The position numbers and the translations under genes were made by a program. Below are positions 1 through 13,068 of a stretch of 64,000 bases of DNA, in pieces (within the stretch, counting starts at the first letter, position 1; every line of letters starts with the position of its first letter). Under the pieces are notes generated by a model. It had not been told where the DNA came from. It did not search any database and saw only the letters and a program-made list of their open reading frames with translations. This DNA is from Octopus sinensis (taxonomy: Eukaryota), in contig NC_043020.1 of the NCBI RefSeq assembly GCF_006345805.1, positions 4,774,001-4,838,000 of the forward strand, written 5' to 3'.

Positions 1-31
1 AGTTTTCGAATGCATAAGGAATATACGCACG

Positions 32-67
<36 letters not shown>

Positions 68-74
68 TTGATAT

Positions 75-392
75 ACTCTTTTACTCTTTTAATTGTTTCA
101 GTCATTTGACTGCGGCCATGCTGGAGCACCGCCTTTAGTCGACCAAATCGACCCCAGAACTTATTCTTTGGAAGCCTAGTAATTATTCTCTCGGTTCTTT
201 TGCCGAACCGCTAAGTTGCGGGGACGTAAACACACCAGCATCGGTTGTCAAGCGATATTGGGAGGGACAAACACAGACACAACATATATATATACATACA
301 TACATATGTATATTATATATATATATATCAATATATGTATATATATATATATAATATATATATATGTATATATATATATACATATATATATC

Positions 393-448
<56 letters not shown>

Positions 449-605
449 GACGGGCTTCTTTCACTTTCCGTCTACGAAATCCACTCACAAGGCCCGAGGC
501 TATAATAGAAGACACTTCCCCGATGTGCTACGCAGTGGGACTGAACCCGGAACCGTGTGGTTGGTAAGCAAGCTACTTACCACACACACAGTCACTCCTG
601 CGCCT
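75..605 (-). mobile_element. SINE-A (tRNA-derived head, CORE-like segment, internal TA/TG microsatellite, LINE-derived 3' tail)
   Basis: Reverse complement matches the plus-strand copies at 34687, 58729 and 61063; A-box-like TGGCTGTGTGG and B-box-like GGTTCAGTCCC in the family; expanded internal (TA)n at 283-447. Confidence 0.92.
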
Positions 606-949
606 AACTATGGCAGAATTTGAACTGAGAACGTAAATACGGACAAAATGCCGCACAGTACTTTGTCCGTATGTACGCTGACCAATGTTATTTTATACCA
701 ACTTCAAATATCAGGCCACAAGTTGGCAGAACCGTTAGAGCTTCGGGCAAAATGCCTTCTGGCCAAGAATATTCTGTACATCGTCCGTGTTTTATACTTG
801 ACACGATGTTCTTAGAAACATTCCAAATTGAATTTTGAACGTTAATTAGAGACGTGCCAGCAAGCTTTCTTTTCCCTGCTAAAGTCTACTTCGGAATATA
901 TCTCGAGGTTTTTCAGTTAAACATATTTACTAGATGCATCAGACAGACG

Positions 950-1215
950 TACATATATATGTGAGTATATGTGTATGCACACACCACACACAAACACGCA
1001 CATACACACACACATACATACATACGCACAATATATATATGTATGTGTGTATGTATATATATAATTACATATCTATGTACATACACACTTATATGTATTA
1101 ATATATATATATTATATAATATATATATATAATATATAATTATATTATATAATATATATATATATATAAGTATATACATGCATATAATATGACAGATAGA
1201 TTCATAAACAGACTG

Positions 1216-1265
<50 letters not shown>

Positions 1266-1386
1266 ACACATATATATATTACATATACATACATATATAT
1301 ATATATAATATATATTATATATATACATGTATATACATATATATGCATATAAATATATATAGATAGACAGACAGACCGATTGATAG

Positions 1387-1417
<31 letters not shown>

Positions 1418-1425
1418 GATAGACG

Positions 1426-1473
<48 letters not shown>
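950..1473. repeat. Compound (TA)n/(CA)n/(GATA)n microsatellite block
   Basis: Direct inspection. Confidence 0.95.
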
Positions 1474-1474
<1 letters not shown>

Positions 1475-1687
1475 GTGGTTATTTTTCTGAGGTTAATCAG
1501 CTAAAGGTGAATAAATATCAGCAAGACAAACCGATAATCCGTTGTGTTTCAGTGCAAATTCCTTGCATTACATTGTCCCATTCGCCATCTTAACAACACG
1601 GAGAATAGAGATTAGCTCGCTATAAAGACCTACCAACAAAGTTCAATGTAAATCAGAACACACAGATACACAGACACACACACATGT

Positions 1688-1824
1688 TCTCTTATTCTTT
1701 TAATTGTTTCAGTCATTAGACTGCGGCCAGGCTGTAGCATCACCTTGCAAGTGTTTAAGATTTATTTCGATGTGTAGTACTTGTTCAATCAGTTTTTTTT
1801 TCCTGAACTGTTAAGCTGCAATTA

Positions 1825-1901
<77 letters not shown>

Positions 1902-2100
1902 CAACACACACACACACACACACACATATGTATATATACGAAAGGCTTCTTTCAATTTCTGCCTGCCAAATCTACTCACAAGGCTTTGGTCGGCCCGAGG
2001 CAATAGTAGAAGCCATTTGCCCAAGGGTGTGTGGAGTGTGATTGAACCAGGAACCGTGCGGTTGGGAAGCAAACGTATTACCACACAGCCACGCCTGCAC
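1688..2100 (-). mobile_element. Diverged SINE-A with expanded internal (CA)n
   Basis: Tail TTGTTTCAGTCATTAGACTGCGGCC near 1704 and head ...CCACACAGCCACGCCTGC near 2081-2098. Confidence 0.8.
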
Positions 2101-2132
<32 letters not shown>

Positions 2133-2157
2133 TGGCAATAGAATACCTCAAAGTAAC

Positions 2158-2312
2158 AGAATGATGTAAAGTCTGAGAGTTTTGTGCCTTGGCCCTTGCC
2201 AAACTAGTCGCAGCTTGAAGGCCTGTTAGCTTTTATAGTTACAAGAGGCCTTAAACATGCAACTAGTTTGGTAAGTGCCAACCCAAGAAACTATCAGACT
2301 TTGAGTCATTCT
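2158..2312. mobile_element. Foldback/MITE-like imperfect inverted repeat (about 67-bp arms)
   Basis: AGAATGATGTAAAGTCTGAGAGTTT...CCAAACTAGT...AAGGCCT pairs with AGGCCTT...ACTAGTTTGG...AAACTATCAGACTTTGAGTCATTCT. Confidence 0.75.
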
Positions 2313-2398
2313 ATTAGTTCTATTAAATATTAATAAAAATATTCATATGATTGAGTTCTGTTTTACCTGTCTGCATCAACACACCTCTATCTCTCTCC

Positions 2399-2501
<103 letters not shown>

Positions 2502-2519
2502 CATCATGACACTGTGATA

Positions 2520-2693
2520 CACGATCCCTATTGATCGTTTATTTCTTCTTTTGTTTCTTTTTTTTCTTCGTCTTTCCCTTTTACGATCCCTTTTGATCGA
2601 AAACCTACCCCACCTTTTTTTCCCCAAAGAGAAAAGCTCTGCTTTGTAATCTGTCCCGTCTATGTGCAGCCCTATGTGGCTATTAAAGAAACA

Positions 2694-2788
<95 letters not shown>

Positions 2789-2981
2789 TTTTTTTCTTTA
2801 TTCTTTTTATTTTTAATTTTATTTATTTATTTTTTTTGTTCTTTTCTTCCCTTTTATGATCCCTCTTGATCGAAAACCTACGCCACCCCCTTTTTTTTTT
2901 GTTTTCTTCATCCCCCAAAAGAAAAGCTCTACCTTGTAACTTGTCCCATCTGTGTGCAGCCCTGTGTGGCCAATAAAGAAA
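2520..2981 (+). mobile_element. Two 3'-end fragments of a Tx1-like LINE, each followed by (TATC)n
   Basis: Copies at about 2520-2691 and 2786-2981 end TGTCCC.TCT.TGTGCAGCCCT.TGTGGC.A.TAAAGAAA, resembling the 3' end of the Tx1-like relic at 13205-13262. Confidence 0.55.
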
Positions 2982-2982
2982 C

Positions 2983-3056
<74 letters not shown>

Positions 3057-3493
3057 GTATACATTCTTTTTTCTTATCCTTAAACAATGCAGGTTATTCT
3101 ACTTTACCCTTCTCTTTCAACATATCGGGGTCAGGAAATCCTTCCATGAGATCTTCGGTGAAATGTTACAGTGAGCTGACTCATTTGTTTTGTAGTGTTA
3201 ATATATCACATATTACCATCCGTGCGTAGGTTAGAGTTGCTATAGTTTCAAACCAGCAATGGATAGTTTTGATGCTGTCGTTTAATACGTGGGCTGTTCT
3301 AGCTAATTTAGATGGCTTCGTTTATTGTGAAATTCCATCTGTTTCGTTCTGTAGCTTCCATGGAAATCGGGACGTGTTAGACGTGGGTGGCATTGCCGTA
3401 CGGGTTTTTTTTTTATTAATAAAAATATTCATATACTTATATCTTGAGTTCTGTTTTACCTGTTTGCATCAACATACCTCTCTCTCTCTCTCC

Positions 3494-3581
<88 letters not shown>

Positions 3582-3666
3582 TCATATTAGAATTATTCTG
3601 ATTATATTCCGATGTAGAATTTATTATATTTGTTTCATACATGCGATATTATACCTTGTAGTATCG

Positions 3667-3772
<106 letters not shown>

Positions 3773-3877
3773 TAAATGGAAATAAACACATTAACGTGTG
3801 TTTCAGAATATATATACTTTGTTGGAATGGAATTAGAAAATGAACACTACACTCACAAGAGAGAAAAAATAATCCGG

Positions 3878-4135
3878 CGCTCCGTCAGTCACGACGACGA
3901 GGGCTCCAGTTGTGTCAAGAGGTTGAGCACACCACAGGCACGTGAATTTGTCCTTGGGGAGACGGAGTGTGACGCAGGATGTGACGAACGTGGCCCATTT
4001 GAATTACAGGTACAACTCATACTACTCAGCTGAGTGGACTAGAGTAGCATGAAATGAAGTGTCTTGCTCAAGGGCACATCGTGCCGTCAGGAATCGAACC
4101 CATGACCTTACAATAATGAGCCGAATACCCTAACT
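3878..4135 (-). mobile_element. SINE-E head plus tail 1 (diverged)
   Basis: Reverse complement aligns with 59551-59870. Confidence 0.8.
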
Positions 4136-4286
4136 GAGAGATGGAAGGTGGGGAGTAAACGGCAGAGTAGATATGACATGTAATTGGTGTATTTTATTTG
4201 TGTTTTATTTCATTTGTTTTGCTTAATTTGTTTTATTCAGTTTTGTTTTATTTAATTTTCATTTTAGCTATATATATATATTTATA

Positions 4287-4699
4287 TCTTTTTCTCTCTT
4301 TTACTTGTTTCAGTCATTTGACTGCGGCCATGCTGAATCACCGCCTTTAGTCGAGCAAATCGACCCCGGGACTTATTCTTTGTAAGCCTAGAACTTATTC
4401 TATGGGTCTCTTTTGCCGAACCGCTAAGTTACGGGGACGTAAACACACCAGCATCGGTTGTCAAGCGATGTTGGGAGGCCAAACACAGACACACAAACGT
4501 ATACACACACATACATATATATACATACATATATACAACGGGCTTCTTTCAGTTTCCGTCTACCAAATTCACTCACAAGGATTTGGTCAACCTGAGGCTA
4601 TAGTAGAAGACGCTTGCCTAAGGTGCCACGCAGTGGGACTGAACCTGGAACCATGTGGTTGTTAAGCAAGCTACTTACCACACAGTCACTCCTGTGCCT
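4287..4699 (-). mobile_element. SINE-A, full length
   Basis: Colinear with the other SINE-A copies. Confidence 0.93.
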
Positions 4700-4721
4700 A
4701 TGTATATATATATATATATAG

Positions 4722-4753
<32 letters not shown>

Positions 4754-5631
4754 TATATATAATATATATATATATTATATATATATATATATATTTATAT
4801 ACATATATACAAATATATATAATGCATATTTGACAAATGTGTTAAATATTTATTGTGTGTATTCCAAATATTTTGTCATTCATTGTGACAAAATTTTTCC
4901 TTCGAAACGAACTCATTATATAAGCAGAGCACATTCTATTTATTACGTATTTGTAATCGATTTTATGACATAATTTAAGCATTCGATTACAGCATGGAGT
5001 ATGTTTAGAGATGTGGAAATCAAGAGATAACGCGCATATCGATGAATTAGCAACGATAGTAAAGAAGACTAATACGGAATAATATAGATGTCATTTATGT
5101 GAAATAAAAATAAATATTCGGAACGGAATTTCCATTATTTGTGTCAATGAAGCAGCAATTTATGAGTAGTTCCAGGGATGACAGAACCAATCAATGGTTA
5201 TTTAAATATTCATAGAACAATTATTGGCGTCAGGTTGGAATTATTTAGAAATAAATGCAGCATAATTATAATAATTAATCATATATATATATATATATAC
5301 GCACATGTATATGTATGTATTCGCGTTCATACGCACACACACATATTTACACACACACAGACACACACACCCATATATAGATAGATGTACATGTACGCAT
5401 ATACATATATATAATATATATATATTAGGAGAGACAGTGAAACGTACATATATGTACGCATATTTAGAGAAAGTTAGTTATGGCCGATCCATATGGTTAG
5501 CCAGGCTTTTGCTCGTCCACAATGCGCTTAGCTTTTCAACGTCGCTTCAGAACCTATAGCTATCTTTATCTAAATACTCTGCAGCACTATAACTTAGAGT
5601 GACATTCTCTTTCGGACTTAGGATTTACTGG

Positions 5632-5676
<45 letters not shown>

Positions 5677-5678
<2 letters not shown>

Positions 5679-6521
5679 AAGCTTGCGTTGAATAAATTGT
5701 CGTCTAAATTACACAAATATAAAGGTATCACTGACGTCTCAATTTTTTAGCAGATATATTTATCAAAATTACACAAAAGTACCTTGAATATTAAAGAATA
5801 AATTTATTCAATATAATTGCCATTGTCTTCGACTACGGCACCCAGACGACTTCGGAATCTCCTGCAGCTCTTCAGGACGATCTCCTTCTTTAAGTGCCAT
5901 AATCCTTACCTTCAGTTCATCTTAGGTGCTTCAATGAGTTTAGTTGGTCTCTCGTTCAACTGCATCCCACATATAATAATCAAGGGGGTGCAGTCTTGGG
6001 AGTTAGGTGGCCGATGTTAGGGGGTGATGTGGTCACAGAAATTGTCTGACAGCCATGACTGGGTTCTCTTGCTTGTGTGGCACGAAGCAGAGTCTTGTTG
6101 CCAGACATAGGGTCTTCCAGCGGCCACCCTCTCGACCCAGGTCATCAGTACCTCATCTAGGCACTTGATATAGGCCTCCGAATTAGTCTGAGGCCGTGTA
6201 AGAAGACCAATGGAGGTATAACGTCGCCATCACTAGTGATCATCCCAGACACCATGATGTAGACTGAATGTTTGATATTTAACACTTTCAGTACTTGTTT
6301 TGGGGACACGGCAAACCAAATGTTGTTCTGTGTGTCCAGTATCTGCTCATGCTGGAACTTCTGGCGCAAATGCCAAACAGTACAGCATGTTTCGATATTT
6401 ATGGCAGGATGAATTGCTTCATGGTGTTGATTTTCTCAGACGGTGCCCAACTGACCCTACTATACTGTGGAGATAAGAAAATGCTATTATACCGTGACGA
6501 CAATTTACCCATCACAGCATG
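5677..6521 (-). mobile_element. Internally deleted Tc1/mariner-superfamily transposon (DD37D/maT-like relic)
   Basis: Minus strand translates MVSGMITSDGDVIPP..., then EAYIKCLDEVLMTWVERVAAGRPYVWQQDSASCHTSKRTQSWLSDNF...PPNSQDC...DYYMWDAVE with stops and frameshifts; inverted TAAATTGTCGTC at 5693-5704 and 6496-6507; (TA)n flanks. Confidence 0.85.
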
Positions 6522-6545
6522 TATATATATATATATATATCTATA

Positions 6546-6615
<70 letters not shown>

Positions 6616-7394
6616 GAGATGAGAGAGAGAGTCAGAGAGTAAATTTAATACTATCATGTTCTTAAGAATGAAATCAACCTCTCTGTTTGTATATCTATCC
6701 TCTTTATAACGTTGGCAAGCGAAATAGAGATAAGAATGTGGATTGTCCGTTTGAGTGGAAAATTCTATATGTGGCTGAAGATTGCACGACATTTTAAAAC
6801 TGATGTTATACTTACAGTGTTTAATAAAATGAAGTAACATGAAACGATTGTACCACATTACCTCGGATATACTTGTTGCTTATTTTGATTATATATATAT
6901 ATATACATAATATGTATACACATATTTATGTATATATATTTAAATATGTATACATATATATATGAATTCGTACATACATGCATACATGCATACAAACATA
7001 ATACACACACAATACACACACAAACACACACAAATATAATAACGGATAAAATCGTTCAAAATTTTATTCGTGGCCAGCATATAAAATAGGCCTAATTATG
7101 TAAATTCATATATGGAGATTTATAATAGAATAAAATACAATTATAATTAACGGCACAGACAAGACCATACCTATGCTAAAAATAGACGCTAAATCGTCCA
7201 ACCGCTCTAAATCATCACTTTTATGATACACACATGTTGAAAGCTTCCAACATGTGTGTATCAAAATGGACGATTTAGCATCTATTTCAGCATAGCCATG
7301 GTCCTCTCTGTGTCGTTAATTATACGGTATTTTTTCTATTATAAATCTCTCTCTCTCTCTCTCTCTTTGTATATATATATGTGTGTGTGTGTGT

Positions 7395-7444
<50 letters not shown>

Positions 7445-7700
7445 TGTGTGTGTGTATGCATGTTCCCGTTTTGTCTCAGCCATTAGACTACAGACATGCT
7501 GGGGTGGGGGGTAACGCGCTGAATCGTTTACGCTTTAATGAAATTGACTTCTGTACGTTTTTTAAAGGATTGTTTTAATCTTTTATTGAACACTTAAATT
7601 AAACGAGCGTAAACAAACCAACACCGGTGGTCAAGTGACGGATGGACAAATACAAACACAACCCCACCACATAAATATGTATGCGTGTACGTATGTATAT

Positions 7701-9000
7701 AAAGTACCGTGCAAATGTCTTCGGATTCTTTAAATTATTGTAAAAATATAATTGCCAGCTTATAAGTGGATGTTTCATATTGCGTTTTTTACAGATGAAA
7801 CATTGGCCCTCTTGGAATCATTTCCATACCAAATCATTAAATTCTGAATAAAAGAAGATGCAAGACGACCACCAAAAATGGCCGTACAAAACTTTTCAGC
7901 CCCCTCACGTAATCCAATCAAGATACAGCGTTTGTAAACAGAAAAATGTCTATTATGAAAATTTATTAAATCCTTAAAAATGTTTCAGCCCGAAGGCTGC
8001 GGCCATGCTGGGGCACCACCGTTGAATGAGCTACACTAGTATGTGAATCCACCTCTGATACGTGGCACATGGTCGACAAGGGAGTTCGATGCCGCTGCCC
8101 GCATCTGTGTGTCCTGCCGAGAGGTAGGTTCATCCACACCATGCAAATCTCTCAGGAATTTAGGGAGGATGTTGAAGAGCTGCGGTCCTCTGAAACCCAA
8201 GCTGTTGCAGTACCTGGTCCTGTATTTTGATAGTGATGTTGGAATCTTCGACACCATGCAGTGGCGCCCCGTTCTGCGATGGGGTTTATTATTACATAAT
8301 GTTCGTTCCAAGAAGTTACTGTACATTCTTAATATTTCGTGCGGCCTCCCTTATCTTGAATAATTGCTTCACAGGTATGAGATGCCATTCTCTGTGGGTG
8401 AGATACCTCAACTCTTCAAGATTGCGTGGATTCTTCTGATGAACTCTTCTCTTTCGTTCTGTTCATATTTGTTCGATGATATTTAGGTTAGGGCTCTGAG
8501 CTGGCCAATCTTTCCATACGGTAACACCTTCATCAACCAGACCCTGTTGTGTTGCACGCGATCTGCGGTAAGGAGCTCCGTTTGATACCATCCAAGACTG
8601 GTATCAAATTGTCCTTCAGCACCTGGATGTATTTGGCACTTTTCAAGTTACCATCAGTTTTAACCAACTTTCTCGAACCATAACATTTTATGAATCCCCG
8701 AAGAACCAGATTCTTACACCCAAATTTCACCTCATTCGTCGTGTAACGAGGGTCGTTTCGCTTTCTAATAAGCAAGAATTTGCCAAAAGACCTCCAGAAA
8801 AGCATGCATACAAAGGTACATACCTTCGACTGGCTTCTCTGCTGCTTCCCCTATAAAATTCACAACCAATAAACTTAGGTTGTTACGGAGATGTTCTTGC
8901 ATAGCGAGTGACTTGATCTGAGATCGTGTGCTGGAACGAAAACAATTGCAGCGTGGAAGGTGTTTATAAGCCATTTAAGAAACACACACAAAAACCGTTA
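7701..9000 (-). mobile_element. Tc1-like (DD34E) transposon relic interrupted by a LINE fragment
   Basis: DPRYTTNEVKFG...KLVKTDGNLKSAKYIQVLKDNL; WPAQSPNLNIIE at about 8472-8507; C-terminal CEAIIQDKGGRTKY*; right boundary uncertain. Confidence 0.82.
7969..8284 (-). mobile_element. 5'-truncated CR1/L2-group LINE (ORF2 C-terminus plus 3'UTR)
   Basis: RTGRHCMV...SLGFRGPQLFNILPKFLRDL...AASNSLVDHV; same family as 63042-63456; flanked by a TTTATTA direct repeat (7962-7968, 8285-8291). Confidence 0.85.
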
Positions 9001-9519
9001 GATTCACTTCCACATTTAAATTTAATTTGTCAAAATATTTTCGTCGCTTTGAGACCGCGACCTGTTCACTGACAAAGCTTCGTGCTGAGGTTGGTTCAAC
9101 GGATATAGAGCGGGGGGAAAAAAAACCCTGCTTCAAGCGCCGTACAACAGCGGGACTGAACCCGTAAACAGATGATTGCAAAGCGGGTTTGTTAACCACA
9201 CAGCCACACTTGGCACGTCTAACATTGTAAGTTCGACTGCAGAAGCACAATAAAATAAAGTAAACACCATCTTTGCTTATATAAGAATTATTTATTTACG
9301 CGTTATGTAATAAATGTTATAAGACCCGTCCATGTTGGATTTGTAGAATTTGGGAACAGAAAATATTCATGTCTTTTTTGCAGCATCCTTTACACTTCAT
9401 ATTTGTTGAAGCCATAAATGATAAATGATGAAATAGGATATAAGTTATCTAATGGTAAGATATAATATTATATTCACTATCTTAATTACTACTTGCAATG
9501 GTTGGGGAAATTTTCTTAC

Positions 9520-9712
9520 ATATATATGCATATACCCATATATATCCATATATATATATATATATTATATATATATATATATTTATACACACACACACAC
9601 GCATATATATATATACATATACATATATATATATGGATATATACACACACATATATATGGATATACATATATATATATACATATACGTATATATATATAT
9701 GTATATATGTAT

Positions 9713-9767
<55 letters not shown>

Positions 9768-9920
9768 ATATATGTATATATACATATATGCATATGTATG
9801 TAGATATACATATATAAACACATATATATATGTATATATACATATATATATAAGTATATATATGGACGCACACCTATATATATATATGGATACACACACA
9901 CACAGACATATATGTATGTA
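9520..9920. repeat. Degenerate (TA)n/(CATA)n microsatellite block
   Basis: Direct inspection. Confidence 0.95.
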
Positions 9921-10082
9921 TTAGTGAGATACTTAACAAAGAACAATCTTGGTGGCGGATAATTCTAGAGAGAATGGAGGAAGCAAAACTGACATTTTTC
10001 TTTAACTGATGATGTTGTCTAGTCATAAGTGGCATATCATGCCAGCCGACAGGGGTAATCTACTCAGTCTAATGATAATAAT

Positions 10083-10125
<43 letters not shown>

Positions 10126-10128
<3 letters not shown>

Positions 10129-10672
10129 GCCCTGATGCAGTACCAGACAGTGGCTCTCATGGCTGTTGATTTTAACTGATTGGAAGTGTTATCGTGTACA
10201 TTGTTTTGTCTTGGTATAAAAGATGGGCTACAGCAAATATTCTGCTCAATACCACATATTTGCTTGTCAGTTGTTTGACCATAACCAGTTGAGCATGTCT
10301 CTTAGTGGCTGACGATATGTGCATCTCTGATCACGAGCAGAAGTACTGGGGGAGCATCATTGCCGTGTGTTGAAATGAATTCTTGAAGGTTTGGATAATT
10401 CACCCTTGGAAACATGGGTGGTTCGTTCAACATCCTTAAACAATCCATATTCAGAGACGTTTTGAGCGGGGTGACCAGAAGAAAATTGCAACTGAGCCCC
10501 ACATGCAAGGTGATGTGCTGGTTAAGCTGATATGAGATCACCATGTCGCGCACATATGGTTGTGATGCACGTACCTGGTCTATCAGAGGGGTAGACATGA
10601 TGGGTGTACTGGGATTCGTTTATCTGTACCCCAGTGTCACTTTGATGGCATGCCCTGCTCTCTCACCCAATA
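10126..10672. mobile_element. About 550-bp non-coding interspersed element embedded in (TAA)n
   Basis: Sharp compositional boundaries with (TAA)n and related triplet repeats on both sides; single copy in the window; family unassigned. Confidence 0.5.
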
Positions 10673-10782
10673 ATGATCATGATAATAACAGCAACAACAA
10701 CAACAATACTACTACTACTATACTACTACTACTACTATTACTACTACTACTACCACCACCACCACCACCACCACCACTGCTG

Positions 10783-10846
<64 letters not shown>

Positions 10847-10874
10847 AACTAATAATAATAATAATAATGATTAT

Positions 10875-11349
10875 TGAAAGTAGATCTCTTCTCAGGTGAC
10901 ACTCTTAAAGAAAGTTGATGTGGAAAGAGGAATTTTCCAGGGGGTCTCGTTGTTCCCTTTAATATTTGTCTTACGTTTGATCCCCCTCAGTTTAGTATTA
11001 AGTATCACAAAAGTAAGTAATCAGTTTAGAAATAGTGAGGCAATATTTAACCATTTACTCTACATGGATGATCTGAAGCTGTTTAGTAAGAATGAAAAAG
11101 AGATGGATCCCTTTATAGAGACAGTAAGACTCTTCAGCAAATATACAGGCATGGATTTTGGCATAGATAGGTGTGCAATATTAGTCATGAGAAGGGGACA
11201 GGTAGTCAACAGCCAAGGCACACAATTACGTGATAGCCAGACATTAAAATCATTGAAAGGAGGAGAGAGTTATAAGCATCTAGGAGTATTTGAATCTGAC
11301 AGAGTACTAACTATAGAAATGAAAACGAAAATTGAGAAGGAGTACAAAT
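10875..11349 (+). mobile_element. R4/Dong-clade non-LTR retrotransposon reverse transcriptase fragment
   Basis: RGIFQGVSLFPLIF...NHLLYMDDLKLF...GMDFGIDRCA...ESYKHLGV; YMDD motif; follows a (TAA)n tract. Confidence 0.85.
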
Positions 11350-11478
11350 GAGAACCCAGGTTCGAGATTTCCTCAAGACACCTGAAGAAGGCTGGAGGGT
11401 ATATCAGCCGAAACGTTGTGTTAGCTACAAAAAGATGAGGACAAATATCCGTCGACTGTAAATAATGTAAATAATGTA
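11349..11478 (+). mobile_element. 3' half of the hammerhead-bearing element (full copy at 40917-41476)
   Basis: Colinear with 41347-41477, including the TGTAAATAATGTAAATAATGTA end. Confidence 0.88.
11377..11422 (+). ncRNA. Minimal type I hammerhead ribozyme motif, intact core
   Basis: Stem I GACAC/GTGTT; CTGAAGA; one extra A; stem II GGCTG/CAGCC; GAAAC; GTT cleavage triplet; stem III reduced to the palindrome AACGTT. Confidence 0.8.
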
Positions 11479-11514
11479 TATTTTTATATTTTTCTTAACA
11501 TGAAACCAACGGAA

Positions 11515-11879
11515 GCCTTATCTATCTATCCGCTCAGTCGAAGTTGACACTCGATTACTCGATGGATCAGTGTCCTCCAGCCAGTTCTATCCTGGATCAC
11601 TTCTTTCAGATTGGTTACGGCAATTCCCGTGTCACTCTTGATGGTGTCAAGCCAGCGGGTTCTCGGTCGGCCTCTTCCTCTCTTGCCACTGACCATTCCG
11701 AGCATAATGTCCTTCTCCAGGGATTTTCTCCGCATAATATGACCAAAATATGCCAATCTATGCTTGGTGATCCCAGCTTCTAGCGAGCGTTTCGGCTTGA
11801 TCCGGTTAAGAACTTCTCCATTGGTGAGCCTCGCTGTCCATGGAATCCGTAAAAGTCTTCTCCAACACCAAAGCTCGAA
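11515..11879 (-). mobile_element. RTE/BovB-like LINE 3' fragment
   Basis: FELWCWRRLLRIPWTAR...LAYFGHIMRRKSLEKDIMLGMVSGKRGRGRPRTRWLD...DRTGWR. Confidence 0.9.
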
Positions 11880-12683
11880 TTATTAATGCATTAATTCTCT
11901 TAAAAGACAAATAAAGAAATTCTATCCACCACCAAAGCTGTGTTGAACACTCATTCTTGTCGTTCGACATTCACAAACACACAGACACACACTCACGTAT
12001 ATAAAAATAGATAGATATGTGTGTGTTTGCGTGTATGTGTGTTTTATACGATGGGCTTCCACACAGTTTTCCTCCTACCCCATTGCACTCACAAAATATT
12101 GCCCAAATCAAAATAAAAATCGAACACATTAGCCTACTTACCGCGAGCTCGGATTGAACACAGAATCGCATTGTTGTAAACCGAAATTCTCAAACTATGC
12201 CTGCAAACTATTCTGTGTTTCCATTATACTTCCTGGCGTATAGTTACATATTCTAAAGGACACATACATTTGTACCAATATACACATTTTGTACAAAGAA
12301 CAAAAACATGGCCGCCACTCTAGATCTCTATTTTTTCTTTATTTGCATATCAAACGCCATATTTAAAACATTTCATAATATAAAAGGCATTACTCAGTGA
12401 ACAGACAAACAGTTAGGGGAGGTCAACCAGTAAGATTCTTCTTTTTTTATTTTTTTATCTAAATAGCTTATATGCACGTGAGGTTTTCTGTACTGCATTG
12501 TGTTGGCTCTGGAGAGAATTTGTTTTTTTTCTTCCATATTGTGTGTATCCAACTTTGCGTCCGTAATATTGGACAAATAAAGAATATTTGTGTGCGTTTA
12601 TGGTTTTTTTTTTGCTTTGAATATGGTCTGATTTGTGGAATGTAATGGTTGTGTTTGCATAATGGAGAGATGGTATGAATAAC

Positions 12684-12694
12684 GATGACGATGG

Positions 12695-12725
<31 letters not shown>

Positions 12726-12750
12726 AATAATAATAATAATAATAATAATG

Positions 12751-12814
<64 letters not shown>

Positions 12815-12990
12815 GGACAACTATTATTACTATTATTAATAATCATAATAATAATACTTTCTACTCTAGACATAAGGTCCGAAATTTTGGGGGAGGGGAA
12901 GGGCAGTCGATTAGATTGACCTCAGTACGCAACTAGTACTTATTATATCGACCCCGAAAGGATGAAAGGCAAAGTCGACTTCAGCGGAAT

Positions 12991-13049
<59 letters not shown>

Positions 13050-13068
13050 TAATAATAATAATAATAAT
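12684..13068. repeat. (GAT)n/(AAT)n microsatellites containing a minus-strand SINE-B 3' fragment (12857-12990)
   Basis: Direct inspection; the fragment matches 17084-17297. Confidence 0.9.

Noticed and set aside
183-1328. ORFs rich in YI, CV, HT, YLSI, MYVC or poly-I/L/Y here and throughout the window
   Set aside because: They are translations of TA, CA, CTAT, TATG and AAT microsatellites and SINE bodies, not genes
8436-8460. CTGATGA on the plus strand
   Set aside because: No GAAA or stems follow; it is the antisense of Tc1 coding sequence
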